Part shown: one piece after another, positions 1 to 9,125 of the stretch
Layout of the letters: each line of letters begins with the position of its first letter
How positions within the stretch are numbered: the stretch's first letter is position 1
Assembly (NCBI GenBank): GCA_050633305.1
Contig: JBOEGF010000017.1
Span: 14,433 to 78,432, forward strand
Length of the DNA stretch: 64,000 nucleotides
Origin: Nannocystales bacterium
Lineage (GTDB): Bacteria > Myxococcota_A > Polyangia > Nannocystales > Nannocystaceae
Reading direction: 5' to 3'
Notes under the pieces: model-generated
What the model was told of the DNA's origin: nothing
Databases searched by the model: none
Seen by the model: the letters and a program-made list of their open reading frames with translations, nothing else
Made by a program: the position numbers and the translations under genes

Positions 1-43
1 GAGGCACCGCGCCAGCAGGCGAGCCGCACAACCTCTGCCCTCC
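1..43 (+). repeat. 3' end of ~170-bp dispersed repeat, copy 1 (cut by window edge)
   Basis: GAGGCACCGCGCCAGCAGGCGAGCCGCACAACCTCTGCCCTCC matches the 3' end of the copies at 2950, 7723 and 11750. Confidence 0.9.
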
Positions 44-86
44 AACAGCAGGCCGGAAAACCCCCCCGCCCTTCACACCACCTTCG

Positions 87-120
87 CGACCGACCGACCG
101 ACCGACCGACCGACCGACCG
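87..120. repeat. (CGAC)8 tetranucleotide microsatellite
   Basis: Eight perfect CGAC units at 87-118 followed by CG. Confidence 0.95.
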
Positions 121-146
121 GACTCCAGGCGCCCCACAACCGGGCG

Positions 147-719
147 ACCACCGCAGGCCACTTCGTCCGCTTCCTCTTCGAAGACTTCGGAGACCAAGCC
201 CCTCAGCAGCTCATCGACGGCACGCCCCCCGAAGACATCATCGGCCTCTCCCTCGCCCAGCTCACCGCCCTGTACGAAGCCGAGGCCCCGCACTCCTACC
301 CCCCCCCCCCCCGGGACCCCTGCCCCGACCCCCTCGCCCCCAAGCTCGACGACACCACCTGGGCCGACACCTACAACTTCTCCTGCCAGAGCCCCGACGC
401 CTCCCAGTTCGAGGGCACAGGCGCCGGCATCGTCCGCATCCTCGAGCTCGAGGAGCCCGGCGACTACCACGTCCTCGTCGAGGGCGGTGACGGCGTCCGC
501 ATCGTCGGCTGCCAGATGGACGACACCGACCAGCCCACCCCCGACTTCTCCCACGGCGACATCATGAACCAGGCCGAACTCAGCCAAACCGCCTTCGGCA
601 CCTTCTTCGACTCCGACACCCCACACACCCTCCAGCTCACCGAGGGCCGCTACCGCCTCGCCCTGTCCTCCGAGCACAACGACGACACCCGGATGTCCCT
701 CCGCGTCACGAGACGTTGA
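147..719 (+). pseudogene. N-terminally truncated paralog of the gluzincin-like lipoprotein at 1827-2879
   Basis: The frame reads TTAGHFVRFL...LYEAEAPHSYPPPPRDPCP...HTLQLTEGRYRLALSS...MSLRVTRR. This aligns with VTAGHFARYL...DYEREAPAAYPPRHPCP...HELQLTAGTYRVAMSS...MRLRLRR. The signal peptide and HExxH part are absent, and there is a C14 tract at 299-312. Confidence 0.75.
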
Positions 720-752
720 TCGGCCCCCCTCACGAAACCAGGAGTTCTGGGT

Positions 753-1355
753 TCAGCCTTCCCAGCGGACAAGAAAGCTGTCGAGTGCCGGGCTGTTGGG
801 CGTCTGCAGCTCGACTACATATGCGTCGAAATCATCGACGACCAGGTCAAGGAACTTGTTCGGGCTAACGACGAAGTGATCGTCATCGAAGGTGAGCGCC
901 TGCTCGTGGCGGTTCTCGATTTCGACGCCGTGCTTGGTCATACCGTCATGGAACAGCCCACACCGAACCCTTCCGTAGAAGGCCTTGGCTTCTGCTTCAA
1001 GCACCCAGGGAAAGATCCGCCGAAGAGCCTGAACCACGAACGCCGTCGAGTTGTTCTTGCTGGACTGACCGTTGCGGAACTGTTGATTTCCCTCAAGGTA
1101 TCCCACGGCGACCATGAGCACGACAAAGCCCGCGTCATGGTGCTTACGAAGGTGTTCGCCCCATCGAAGGAACCAACCGCGGACACGGTCCTCGTACTGG
1201 CGGACAGATGTGAGGGGGTCCTCTTTGTCCAGCCAGCCCTGATGTTCGTTGTCCCAGACTCTGTCCGGCCAGGCCTCGAAAACCTTGCAGTGCAAGCCGA
1301 CGGCTCGGTGCGGGAGGTTCTCGTCGGGAGGGCACGGCAACTCCATCGACTTCAT
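753..1355 (-). CDS. Stand-alone HEPN-like protein (putative RNase/toxin)
   Basis: About 200 aa from ATG 1355 (GGGGATAGG upstream). Helical GFVVLMVAVGYLEG segment and an Rx4H motif (RCGLFH) as in HEPN domains. Confidence 0.55.
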   Translation of the reverse strand: MKSMELPCPPDENLPHRAVGLHCKVFEAWPDRVWDNEHQGWLDKEDPLTSVRQYEDRVRGWFLRWGEHLRKHHDAGFVVLMVAVGYLEGNQQFRNGQSSKNNSTAFVVQALRRIFPWVLEAEAKAFYGRVRCGLFHDGMTKHGVEIENRHEQALTFDDDHFVVSPNKFLDLVVDDFDAYVVELQTPNSPALDSFLVRWEG

Positions 1356-1555
1356 CCTATCCCCAGCAAGACGTTCAACCGCCCATTTCGCATCGTGAGT
1401 CGAACAGGACACCACCACGGATCCCCGACTCTCCGCCGAGAGTGCCCACAAGATCAGACACTCGCCACTTTCCGGGCCGGCCCCCCGGGTCATCGTTCTT
1501 CACGCAAGCACGCTTCGAGTGGCTCCGCGACCAGCGCCGGCCTACCCTTCCCGTA

Positions 1556-1837
1556 ATGCAGGAGCACATCGGAGTTCGAATCCTTCTTGTCATCGTCGCC
1601 GCAGTGAGCCTCGGGTACGGCTGCAACGGCAACGGATGCGGCCAAGACAAACCCACGTATGATGGCAACGACATCCAGTGCGGAGGATGTGAGCGAATCG
1701 CCGTCGTTTGTGAAGGAACCCCGATCAGAGTCGAGTGCGTCTCGTCTGTCCAGGAGGCGTTGCCACAGTTCAATTGCACCCCGGCTCAGACGAGAGACTG
1801 TCGGCCTGGCGGTGGTGGGTCCGGTGGTGCGAGCTAG
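1556..1837 (+). CDS. Small Cys-rich putative lipoprotein
   Basis: Hydrophobic stretch ending LGYGC, then several Cys. TACCCT lies 7 nt before the ATG. Confidence 0.55.
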   Translation: MQEHIGVRILLVIVAAVSLGYGCNGNGCGQDKPTYDGNDIQCGGCERIAVVCEGTPIRVECVSSVQEALPQFNCTPAQTRDCRPGGGGSGGAS

Positions 1838-2879
1838 CTGGGCCACCGTTGCCGCGCTCGCCTGCGCCCCAGGATGCGCCGACGACTTAGACCTGCCCCC
1901 GCTGAGCATCGAGACGGAACGAACACGCATCGCCGTTGGCGACGGCGAACACCTCCCCTGCGCCGGCGACCTTGCCGCCCTCGATGCGCATGTCGGCGAA
2001 CTCGAACATCTCTCCGGACTACGAGAGCCCGAACCACTCCAAGTCTTCTTGCTCTCCGACGTCACCGACATCTGCGGTGGCGACGGCGTGATCGCCTGCG
2101 AAGGAGATGGCCAGATCTTCGGCGCGTGGATGAGCGTGCGTCACGAGGTTGGCCACGCAATCGCCTCCCCCGCTCTCGACTTCGGTGGCCGCGCTTTCCT
2201 CTCCGAGGGATACGCAGAACTCGCCGCGGGCCATACCAGCCGCAAAAGCACCATCCCCATGCGGGCTGACGACCTCGACCAGGCGGAGCTGGCCAACTAC
2301 GTCACCGCCGGCCACTTTGCCCGATACCTCGTGCAGACCCACGGCTGGACCACCTACCAAGACGCCGTCGCGAGCGGAGACGTGGAGTCTGTCCTCGGCC
2401 AGCCGCTCCATGTCCTCGCCGACGACTACGAGCGCGAAGCCCCCGCCGCCTACCCCCCTCGGCATCCATGCCCCTACCCAGAGTTGCCCAGGATTGACGA
2501 TGGCCTCTGGCAGGAGTCGCTGACCTTCTCGTGTGCCTCGCAACAGGCCACCCAGTACGAGTTCCCCGACTTCTCGGGCACCGACGGCGCCGCCGTCTGG
2601 CGCTCCGTCACCCTCGATGCCGGCACCTATTCACTCGAGGTCGAGGGCGGCGCCGAGGCCGTCGTCCTCGGGTGCCATACCGACGTGCTGTCCGACTTGC
2701 CCGAGCCCCCCTCAAACGGAGACGTCTGGAACGAGGTCGACCAACGACCCGCCACCACCTTTGCTGCCGGAGTCGAGCACGAACTCCAGCTCACCGCCGG
2801 GACCTACCGCGTGGCGATGTCCTCCGGGAACGAAGGCGAGGAGACGATGCGCCTGCGATTGCGTCGTCTCGAGCGGTGA
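1827..2879 (+). CDS. Lipoprotein with gluzincin (peptidase MA-like) zinc motif
   Basis: Lipobox-like ALACAPGC, HEVGH (HExxH) and a downstream EGYAE motif. GTG start inferred. Confidence 0.7.
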   Translation: MRASWATVAALACAPGCADDLDLPPLSIETERTRIAVGDGEHLPCAGDLAALDAHVGELEHLSGLREPEPLQVFLLSDVTDICGGDGVIACEGDGQIFGAWMSVRHEVGHAIASPALDFGGRAFLSEGYAELAAGHTSRKSTIPMRADDLDQAELANYVTAGHFARYLVQTHGWTTYQDAVASGDVESVLGQPLHVLADDYEREAPAAYPPRHPCPYPELPRIDDGLWQESLTFSCASQQATQYEFPDFSGTDGAAVWRSVTLDAGTYSLEVEGGAEAVVLGCHTDVLSDLPEPPSNGDVWNEVDQRPATTFAAGVEHELQLTAGTYRVAMSSGNEGEETMRLRLRRLER

Positions 2880-2949
2880 GCAGAACTGGCGCTGAAGAGA
2901 GCCGCCCCCCTGGAAGACGGCCTCCGCCGAGGAATAGAACCTCCGCCCT

Positions 2950-3119
2950 TCCCCACCGAAGCCCACAGCCGCGAAGCCGCGCCAGCGGAGGGCCCACGCC
3001 GACTCCGAGGACCCGAGCTGCCCACAACCCCCTCCCACCACAATGGCACCGGCGACACCCCGCAGGAGGCGGCGGGGAGGCACCGCGCCAGCAGGCAAGC
3101 CGCGCGACCTCTGCCCTCC
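2950..3119 (+). repeat. ~170-bp dispersed repeat, copy 2
   Basis: Seven mismatches in 170 nt with no indels versus each of copies 3 and 4 (manual alignment). Confidence 0.97.
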
Positions 3120-3355
3120 GCGATCACCCCGCGACCAGCCCTCGCCGTCCACCGACTCCGACAATCCACCGCTGCCACCCGACTCGCCGCAACCGCGAGC
3201 CCAGGCAAGAGCCTGAGCACGGACCCCTCTCGGACCGGCCCGCCGCGCTCCCGCGCTCCAAGCGGCAACAACAGCCCTTCGCGTCTCACAACGGCGCTCT
3301 TGATGCCGAGCCCCCCTCTCCCAGCATCGAGCACGACTCTCTCGCCCGCCGCACA

Positions 3356-4171
3356 TCAGTTCGCGTTGTACCCGTGCACCCTCGAGAGCAGGAGTTCCTT
3401 CCAGTGCGACTCCCGCCCGAGCACATCACTCTCGCTCGCCCGCGTGTCTGCAGTCTCCAACACCCCGAACACAAAGTTCGACGCGTACGCCTCTCCCTTC
3501 TCGCGCAAAAGCGCCACCAGCTCACGGTTCCCCCCGTGCCCTGTCTTCGAGTACGAGCACCACCGCCCCCAGATGCCCGCCTCCCCCGTCGCGCTCCCCA
3601 CGTACAGCTTCCCGCTCGCGGAGTCCGCAATCACATAGACCCCCGCCACGCTCGACAGTGCGCTCTTCCACAACGCCGGCTGGTCCCCAACGATCGCGTC
3701 GAGCTTCCCTTTCGTCAGCCGGACCTTCACGAACCCCGGAAATGCCCCGACCTGCAGCCGCCTGGGCAGCAGCTCCGAGACCACCAGGTTATCCGTCCAC
3801 TTCTCCGCCAGCAGATACGACTGCCGGCCCGTTCTCTCGAACCGCACGACCAAGCGACCGTTGACAGCCTCCGCCGTAGCCCTCGATGTCATCTCGTACC
3901 GATACGCATCCCATTCGGCGACGAACTCATGCCCATGCACGTCGTGGACACCCGCAAACAACCAATGGTGGTTCTCGTCCATCGCGATGAGCGAAACCAC
4001 CAGCGGCCGCCCAAAGTTCTTCCTCGATTGGCGCGATTGCCAGGCCTCGAACCGCCCCTCGACAAACACGTCGACCGGATTCTCGAACCCGTTCCACCCC
4101 GCGAGATGAAGCTTGCACATCTCCGGCCGGATGCTGTCGTCATGGAGGCGAAGTACATCGAAGAGCTTCAT
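3356..4171 (-). CDS. GIY-YIG nuclease family protein
   Basis: C-terminal GVYVIAD...KLYVGSATG..GIWGRW..Y...GHGGN and RESHWKELL motifs. ATG 4171 is preceded by TACACT. Confidence 0.85.
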   Translation of the reverse strand: MKLFDVLRLHDDSIRPEMCKLHLAGWNGFENPVDVFVEGRFEAWQSRQSRKNFGRPLVVSLIAMDENHHWLFAGVHDVHGHEFVAEWDAYRYEMTSRATAEAVNGRLVVRFERTGRQSYLLAEKWTDNLVVSELLPRRLQVGAFPGFVKVRLTKGKLDAIVGDQPALWKSALSSVAGVYVIADSASGKLYVGSATGEAGIWGRWCSYSKTGHGGNRELVALLREKGEAYASNFVFGVLETADTRASESDVLGRESHWKELLLSRVHGYNAN

Positions 4172-4324
4172 TCGACAGCAGTGTAGACGAGCGCTGCTCC
4201 GGTCGTCTGTGCCCTGGTACCCACGTCGCCCTCCGCACCACGTGCGGCCCAGCACCAGCGCCCCCCTGTCCCCGCACGCACATTTTCCTGCGCCCCCACC
4301 ACCACCGCCCCTACCGTCTTGTGC

Positions 4325-5122
4325 ATGCCCGAGCTCAGAGCCCAACTCCTCCAAGAGATCAACGCCACCCCCAGCCCCGACCAACTCTCCCTCAGCGTCC
4401 CCATGCACGTACTCCTGGGTGAGGCCATTGACCTGGCCGCCTATGTACAAAGGCACTGGGAGCCCACCGACACCCATCCCGGCCTCTCCAGCGTCGCCCG
4501 GCGGTTCGACCAGGCCGTCGGCGACGACCTCATCGCCCTGGTCGACGCCGTGCAAACCGAGCACACCGCCTACCGCCTCGCCGCCGATCCCCCCACCTCA
4601 CGCGAGAGCGTCGAGCGAGGAGAGGCCCTCATCGACGAGCTCACCGCCTCCCTCGAGTTCTTGTTCGACGATGGCATCGACGACGAGCACGACTCCCAGC
4701 TCGACGCGATCAGCGACTTGTACGGCACCCGCTCCCGCTCCGACGACGCCCTCGCCGCCGCACTCTTCGACTTCGCCACCCTCGCCGACGCCCACAGAGC
4801 CGACCTCGACGGTGTCGGAGGCTTCAACCTCGCCGACATCGACGAAGCCCTCACCCTCGCCGCCGCGATCCGGGCCCGCTCCAGCACCACCCCCACCGAA
4901 CGCGCCGAGCAAGCCCGCGCCCACCGCCTGCGCCGCAACCAGCTCGCCACCGTCCTTCAGCAAAAGCTCAGGCTCGTCCGCGCCGCTGCCCGCTTCGCCT
5001 TCCGAGCCCACCCCACCCTCGCCCGCGCCGCCAGCAGTGCGTACCAACGCCGCGCCCGCGCCTCCCTGCGCCGCCGCAACGCAACCGCAGACCCCGCCCC
5101 GGCCCCCGACGTGACCGTCTGA
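4325..5122 (+). CDS. Hypothetical alpha-helical protein
   Basis: 265-aa ORF with strong C-ending codon bias. TACCGT lies 7 nt before the ATG. Confidence 0.75.
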   Translation: MPELRAQLLQEINATPSPDQLSLSVPMHVLLGEAIDLAAYVQRHWEPTDTHPGLSSVARRFDQAVGDDLIALVDAVQTEHTAYRLAADPPTSRESVERGEALIDELTASLEFLFDDGIDDEHDSQLDAISDLYGTRSRSDDALAAALFDFATLADAHRADLDGVGGFNLADIDEALTLAAAIRARSSTTPTERAEQARAHRLRRNQLATVLQQKLRLVRAAARFAFRAHPTLARAASSAYQRRARASLRRRNATADPAPAPDVTV

Positions 5123-5147
5123 CGCGCTCCGCGACGTCCCATGGAGT

Positions 5148-5220
5148 TCCCGGACACCTCAGACCTCTCCCGGACACCTCAGACCCCTTCCACGACACCT
5201 CCGGTCCTATCCCGGACAAC
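5148..5220. repeat. Degenerate 20-21-bp tandem repeat (about 3.5 units)
   Basis: TCCCGGACACCTCAGACC at 5148 and 5168, with decayed units at 5189 and 5210. Confidence 0.75.
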
Positions 5221-5453
5221 GGGAACGTTCAGTCCTCGTCGTGGGTCGTCCCCGCCGAGCACGACCCGACGAACGCCCACGTGGCCGTACCGGGTGGACA
5301 GGCGGAGCCAACCTCCCCACGGCGAACCTCGACAGGCATTGGTGTCGCGTCAGGCCCGGTCGATCAAACGTTCTGCGACCGGAGGCAGAAAGGCCGCCCT
5401 CGCTCGACGCCGCATGGATCCAGAGCGACACTCTGCGGACTACCCGGATCGAC

Positions 5454-5996
5454 ATGCCGCACTGGAAGACAGCCATTGCCCCCCTCGTGCTCGTCGTTTC
5501 ACTTGTCAGCTGTCAGCGCGCGCCGCAGCAGAGTTCCGCGACGCCACAGAGCATGGCGACGACGCCTGTTCCTGAGGCGCCACCCCGCCCCCAGGAGTCT
5601 ACGGCCGCCCAGGCCGAATTCGACATCGACTCCGTTGCCAGCACGCTGGAGCCGCTCGTGCGGTGCCGTGGCAATGAGGTGTTGTGGGGCGACGCGTGCG
5701 CCTCTGCTCCGGACGTCCTTGCACAGCTCGCGGACACGTACCCGATCCCCGCCGAACTCCTCGAGTGTGGTGCATCCTTCGCGGCCTGTCGGCACGCGAA
5801 GACTCTCTGCAAGCTACCGAATGAGGTGATGGCTGGTCACTCGGGGCAGAGTGTAGCGGTCGCCGAACTCGCGGACGCGTTGTATATGTACGGGGAGAAT
5901 GGCCTGTCCCGGAAGTGCTCGATCCGCTCCCTGGGAGGATGCGAGGAGTTCCGTCGCTACCCCAAAGACTTCCCCGACTGTCGGGCACGAGGGTAG
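5454..5996 (+). CDS. Cys-rich lipoprotein
   Basis: MPHWK-hydrophobic-LVSC lipobox, a Pro/Gln/Thr linker and multiple Cys. Confidence 0.7.
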   Translation: MPHWKTAIAPLVLVVSLVSCQRAPQQSSATPQSMATTPVPEAPPRPQESTAAQAEFDIDSVASTLEPLVRCRGNEVLWGDACASAPDVLAQLADTYPIPAELLECGASFAACRHAKTLCKLPNEVMAGHSGQSVAVAELADALYMYGENGLSRKCSIRSLGGCEEFRRYPKDFPDCRARG

Positions 5997-6164
5997 TCTC
6001 AAGGTCGCACAAGGAGGCCAGGCATGGCGTGTGACGCAGAACGAACGAACGTAGAGTTTCTTGAGCTCCTCGAAGAAATGGCAGAACGCGAGAAGAGTGT
6101 CCCGTTTTAGACCCCAATAGACTGATCCTCAGCCAACCACCGACAGGGTAGCCTCGCCCCCTCG

Positions 6165-7715
6165 ATGGATCCGGCCATACTGATCGCAATTGGCGTTTGC
6201 CTCGCCCTACTCCTCGGCCTCGCTATCGCACTGTTGTTGGCCCGAAGATCCGCCACTCTCGCCACCGCACGCGCCGAAGAATCCGAACGGCAAGCGGCCG
6301 CCCTGCGCCCGTACGCCGTCGTCCCCGACGCCCAGGCAGAAGCCAACAGAATCCTCCAGCACGCCCAGGCATCCGCACAACAAATGGTTTCCGAGGCCGA
6401 CGTCGCAGCGCGAGCCGCCGTCACCACCGCCACCACCGAAGCCCAGGCGATCACCAGCCAAGCCCATGAGCTATCCGCAGCGAAGCAGGCAGAGTCCGCC
6501 TCGCTGATCGAGCACGCTCGGCAAGAAGCGGAGCGAATCGCAGGCGATGCCCTCCGCGCCCGGGACAAGTCCGAAGATTACAGACAGGCCGCTCGCGCCA
6601 TGAAGAACATCGTCGACGGCTACGGCGAGGAAGTCTGGGTCCCGGGCACGAGCCTCCTCGATGACCTCGCCGACGAACTCGACTATCAGGAAGCCGGCCG
6701 TCGACTCAAGGAAGCCCGACAACGGACCCGCGACATCCTCAAGGCCTCAGGCGCCTCCGAGTGTGACTACAAGGAACGGGTTCGGCGCGAGACCGCCATG
6801 CGGTTCGTCGCCGATGCCTTCAACGGAAAGGTCGATTCGATCCTCTCCAAGGTCAAGCACGACAACTACGGAAAGCTCGAAGCGTCGATCAACGACGCCT
6901 TCGCCATCGTCAACCTCAACGGACAGGCCTTCAAGAACGCCCGAATCACCCAGGACTACCTCGCCGCGCGTACCGACGAGCTCCAGTGGGCCGTCCGAGC
7001 CATGGAGCTCCAAAAGCGCGAACGAGAGGAGCAGCGCCGGATCAAGGACGAGCTCCGCGAAGAGGAGCGGGCTCGAAAAGAGTTCGAGAAAGCGATCAAG
7101 GCTGCCGACAAAGAGGAGCGCGCCGTCCAACGTGCGATGAAGGCCGCGCAGAAGCACTTGGCCGAGGCAACTGAGGCGCACAAAGCCAAGTACGAGACCC
7201 TGATCCAGGAACTGCAGGGCAAGCTTGCCGAGGCCGAAGCCAAGGGCCAACGAGCCCTCTCCATGGCCCAGCAGACCCGGCGCGGCCATGTCTACGTCAT
7301 CTCCAACGTCGGCTCCTTCGGCGACGGTGTCTACAAGATCGGCCTCACCCGCCGCCTCGAGCCTCGCGACCGCGTCAAGGAACTCGGAGACGCCAGCGTC
7401 CCCTTCGAGTTCGACATCCACGCCATGATCCAAGCTGAGGATGCACCAGCCCTCGAGTCCAAGCTGCACCGCCGCTTCGTCGGCGCTCAGGTCAACAAGG
7501 TCAACAGCCGCAAGGAGTTCTTCCGCGTCTCCGTCTCCGACATCCGCGACGTCGTGAACGAAATGGGAATCGAGTGCTCGTGGACCATGGCCGCCGCCGC
7601 ACGCGAGTACCGAGAGTCGCTCGCCCTGGCCAAGAAGGGCACGACGGCCGAACCCGGACTGCGGCCGAAGCAGAACGTCGATGGCCTGCCCCTCTCGGCC
7701 CCACCACCCGCATAA
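6165..7715 (+). CDS. DUF4041 + T5orf172 (GIY-YIG-like) domain protein with N-terminal TM and coiled coil
   Basis: GHVYVISNVGSFGDGVYKIGLTRRLEP.DRVKELGDASVPF.FDIHA and VNKVN.RKEFF signature, plus a long coiled coil. Confidence 0.92.
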   Translation: MDPAILIAIGVCLALLLGLAIALLLARRSATLATARAEESERQAAALRPYAVVPDAQAEANRILQHAQASAQQMVSEADVAARAAVTTATTEAQAITSQAHELSAAKQAESASLIEHARQEAERIAGDALRARDKSEDYRQAARAMKNIVDGYGEEVWVPGTSLLDDLADELDYQEAGRRLKEARQRTRDILKASGASECDYKERVRRETAMRFVADAFNGKVDSILSKVKHDNYGKLEASINDAFAIVNLNGQAFKNARITQDYLAARTDELQWAVRAMELQKREREEQRRIKDELREEERARKEFEKAIKAADKEERAVQRAMKAAQKHLAEATEAHKAKYETLIQELQGKLAEAEAKGQRALSMAQQTRRGHVYVISNVGSFGDGVYKIGLTRRLEPRDRVKELGDASVPFEFDIHAMIQAEDAPALESKLHRRFVGAQVNKVNSRKEFFRVSVSDIRDVVNEMGIECSWTMAAAAREYRESLALAKKGTTAEPGLRPKQNVDGLPLSAPPPA

Positions 7716-7722
7716 ACTGGGC

Positions 7723-7892
7723 TCCCCACCGAAGCCCACACCCGCGAAGCCGCGCCAGCGGAGGGCCCACGCCGACTCCGAGGACCCGAGCCGCCCACAA
7801 CCCCCTCCCACCACAATGGCACCGGCGACACCCCGCAGGAGGCGGCGGGGAGGCACCGCGCCAGCAGGCGAACCGCGCTACCTCAGACCTCC
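7723..7892 (+). repeat. ~170-bp dispersed repeat, copy 3
   Basis: Starts 7 nt after the stop at 7715. Its 3' flank AAGAGCAGGCCGGGAACCCCC resembles the flank of copy 1 (44-65). Confidence 0.97.
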
Positions 7893-8197
7893 AAGAGCAG
7901 GCCGGGAACCCCCTCGTCCCCCCCTTCCAGGACTGCGGCTGGCGGGCCTGGCAGGTGACTGGGATTTCCGTACGAACAGCGGCCCGAAACCAACAAACCT
8001 CGCCCCGATCTTCATCACCAAACCGGCACACCCGTACGCGTGGTCGGGCAGCGACAACTGCTCCCCCGGACACGACCCAGACATCGACGCGGAGAGCACA
8101 GTTACAGCTATCGACGACGCTCTTTTCTCGGTGGACAATCATCGCAGCCACAAGTGGCGTCAACAACAAGGAACAACCGGGCATACACGGGAGACAG

Positions 8198-8872
8198 ATG
8201 CTCCAGACTGCACGTCCTCAACAAACTGTTATCTGCAAGAACGCCCTCAGAACAGCGGGCTCCCTAGCACTCTGGCTAGAGGTGGCCTGTGGTCCAGTTT
8301 TAGACGCAGAGCGAACCACAGGCGACAGCAACGGCACGTCGACCGCCGGCTCCGGATCTTCGGCAGACGGTTTCCCTCCTTCATCTACAGCAGGGACGAG
8401 CGCACACACCCCGACCTCAGATGCAACAGGGTTCGCGAGCAGCACGAGCCATGCGACCTCGAGCACAACTTCCTCCGGTTTCACGACCGTACTCGATGAC
8501 ACGGGTCCAGTGTTCTTTGCGTGCGTACCGACTGAGTCGAGCTGCGGAAACGGAATATGTGCGCCTTGGGACGGGCAGGACCTTGGGTACTGGTCGGCCC
8601 TTGACTGTTTTTTCGGGGAAACGCCCTCTGGGCGCGCCGCCGGTGACCCGTGCGTAATGCGACAAGGCCCGCTCGCCCCCCAAGTTGACTGCGGTGAGGG
8701 ATTCGTGTGCCTTGGAGACGCTCCGGACTCAGTCTCAGGGATCTGTGCTCGACTCGAACCCACAGGCGAGATCTGCGAACACTTGTGTGGCGGGATCTCT
8801 CAGTTCATCTGTCTTGCCGAACTCGGCTGCCCAGAAGCGGGGGACTTCTGCACGGCTCCAGGCTGCGAGTGA
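8198..8872 (+). CDS. Cys-rich secreted/lipoprotein with Ser/Thr-rich linker (start uncertain, possibly decaying)
   Basis: LEVACG, then an S/T-rich linker, then a Cys-rich domain (CAPWD...GDPCVM...DCGEGFVC) resembling myxobacterial Cys-rich proteins. Codon usage is atypical. Confidence 0.55.
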   Translation: MLQTARPQQTVICKNALRTAGSLALWLEVACGPVLDAERTTGDSNGTSTAGSGSSADGFPPSSTAGTSAHTPTSDATGFASSTSHATSSTTSSGFTTVLDDTGPVFFACVPTESSCGNGICAPWDGQDLGYWSALDCFFGETPSGRAAGDPCVMRQGPLAPQVDCGEGFVCLGDAPDSVSGICARLEPTGEICEHLCGGISQFICLAELGCPEAGDFCTAPGCE

Positions 8873-9125
8873 ACACAGATGAGGGGCACTACGCGTTCAC
8901 GGTCCCGAACCTCGGCGGACACCTTCGGGCACTCCAGAGCCCAGATCGGGAACTCGACGACGATGCATAGCGGTCATGACACCCCTTTGCGCCGGCTCCT
9001 GCTCCATTGCTCCACGGATGTTTCAGGCCGCGCTCACGCTCGTTGTCGGCTATGTTGAGTTCGGTGGCGTCTCCTTTCGTCGCACGCTCAACCGTCTCCA
9101 ACCCGCATTTCGTCACAGCCCCGCC

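Noticed and set aside
2950..3119. Minus-strand peptide PPRRLLRGVAGAIVVGGGCG...WALRWRGF recurring in the ORF track
   Set aside because: It is simply the translation of the repeat, with no consistent start or stop between copies.
4172..4564. N-terminal extension of the GIY-YIG ORF
   Set aside because: Antisense to the 4325-5122 gene. The TACACT box supports ATG 4171.
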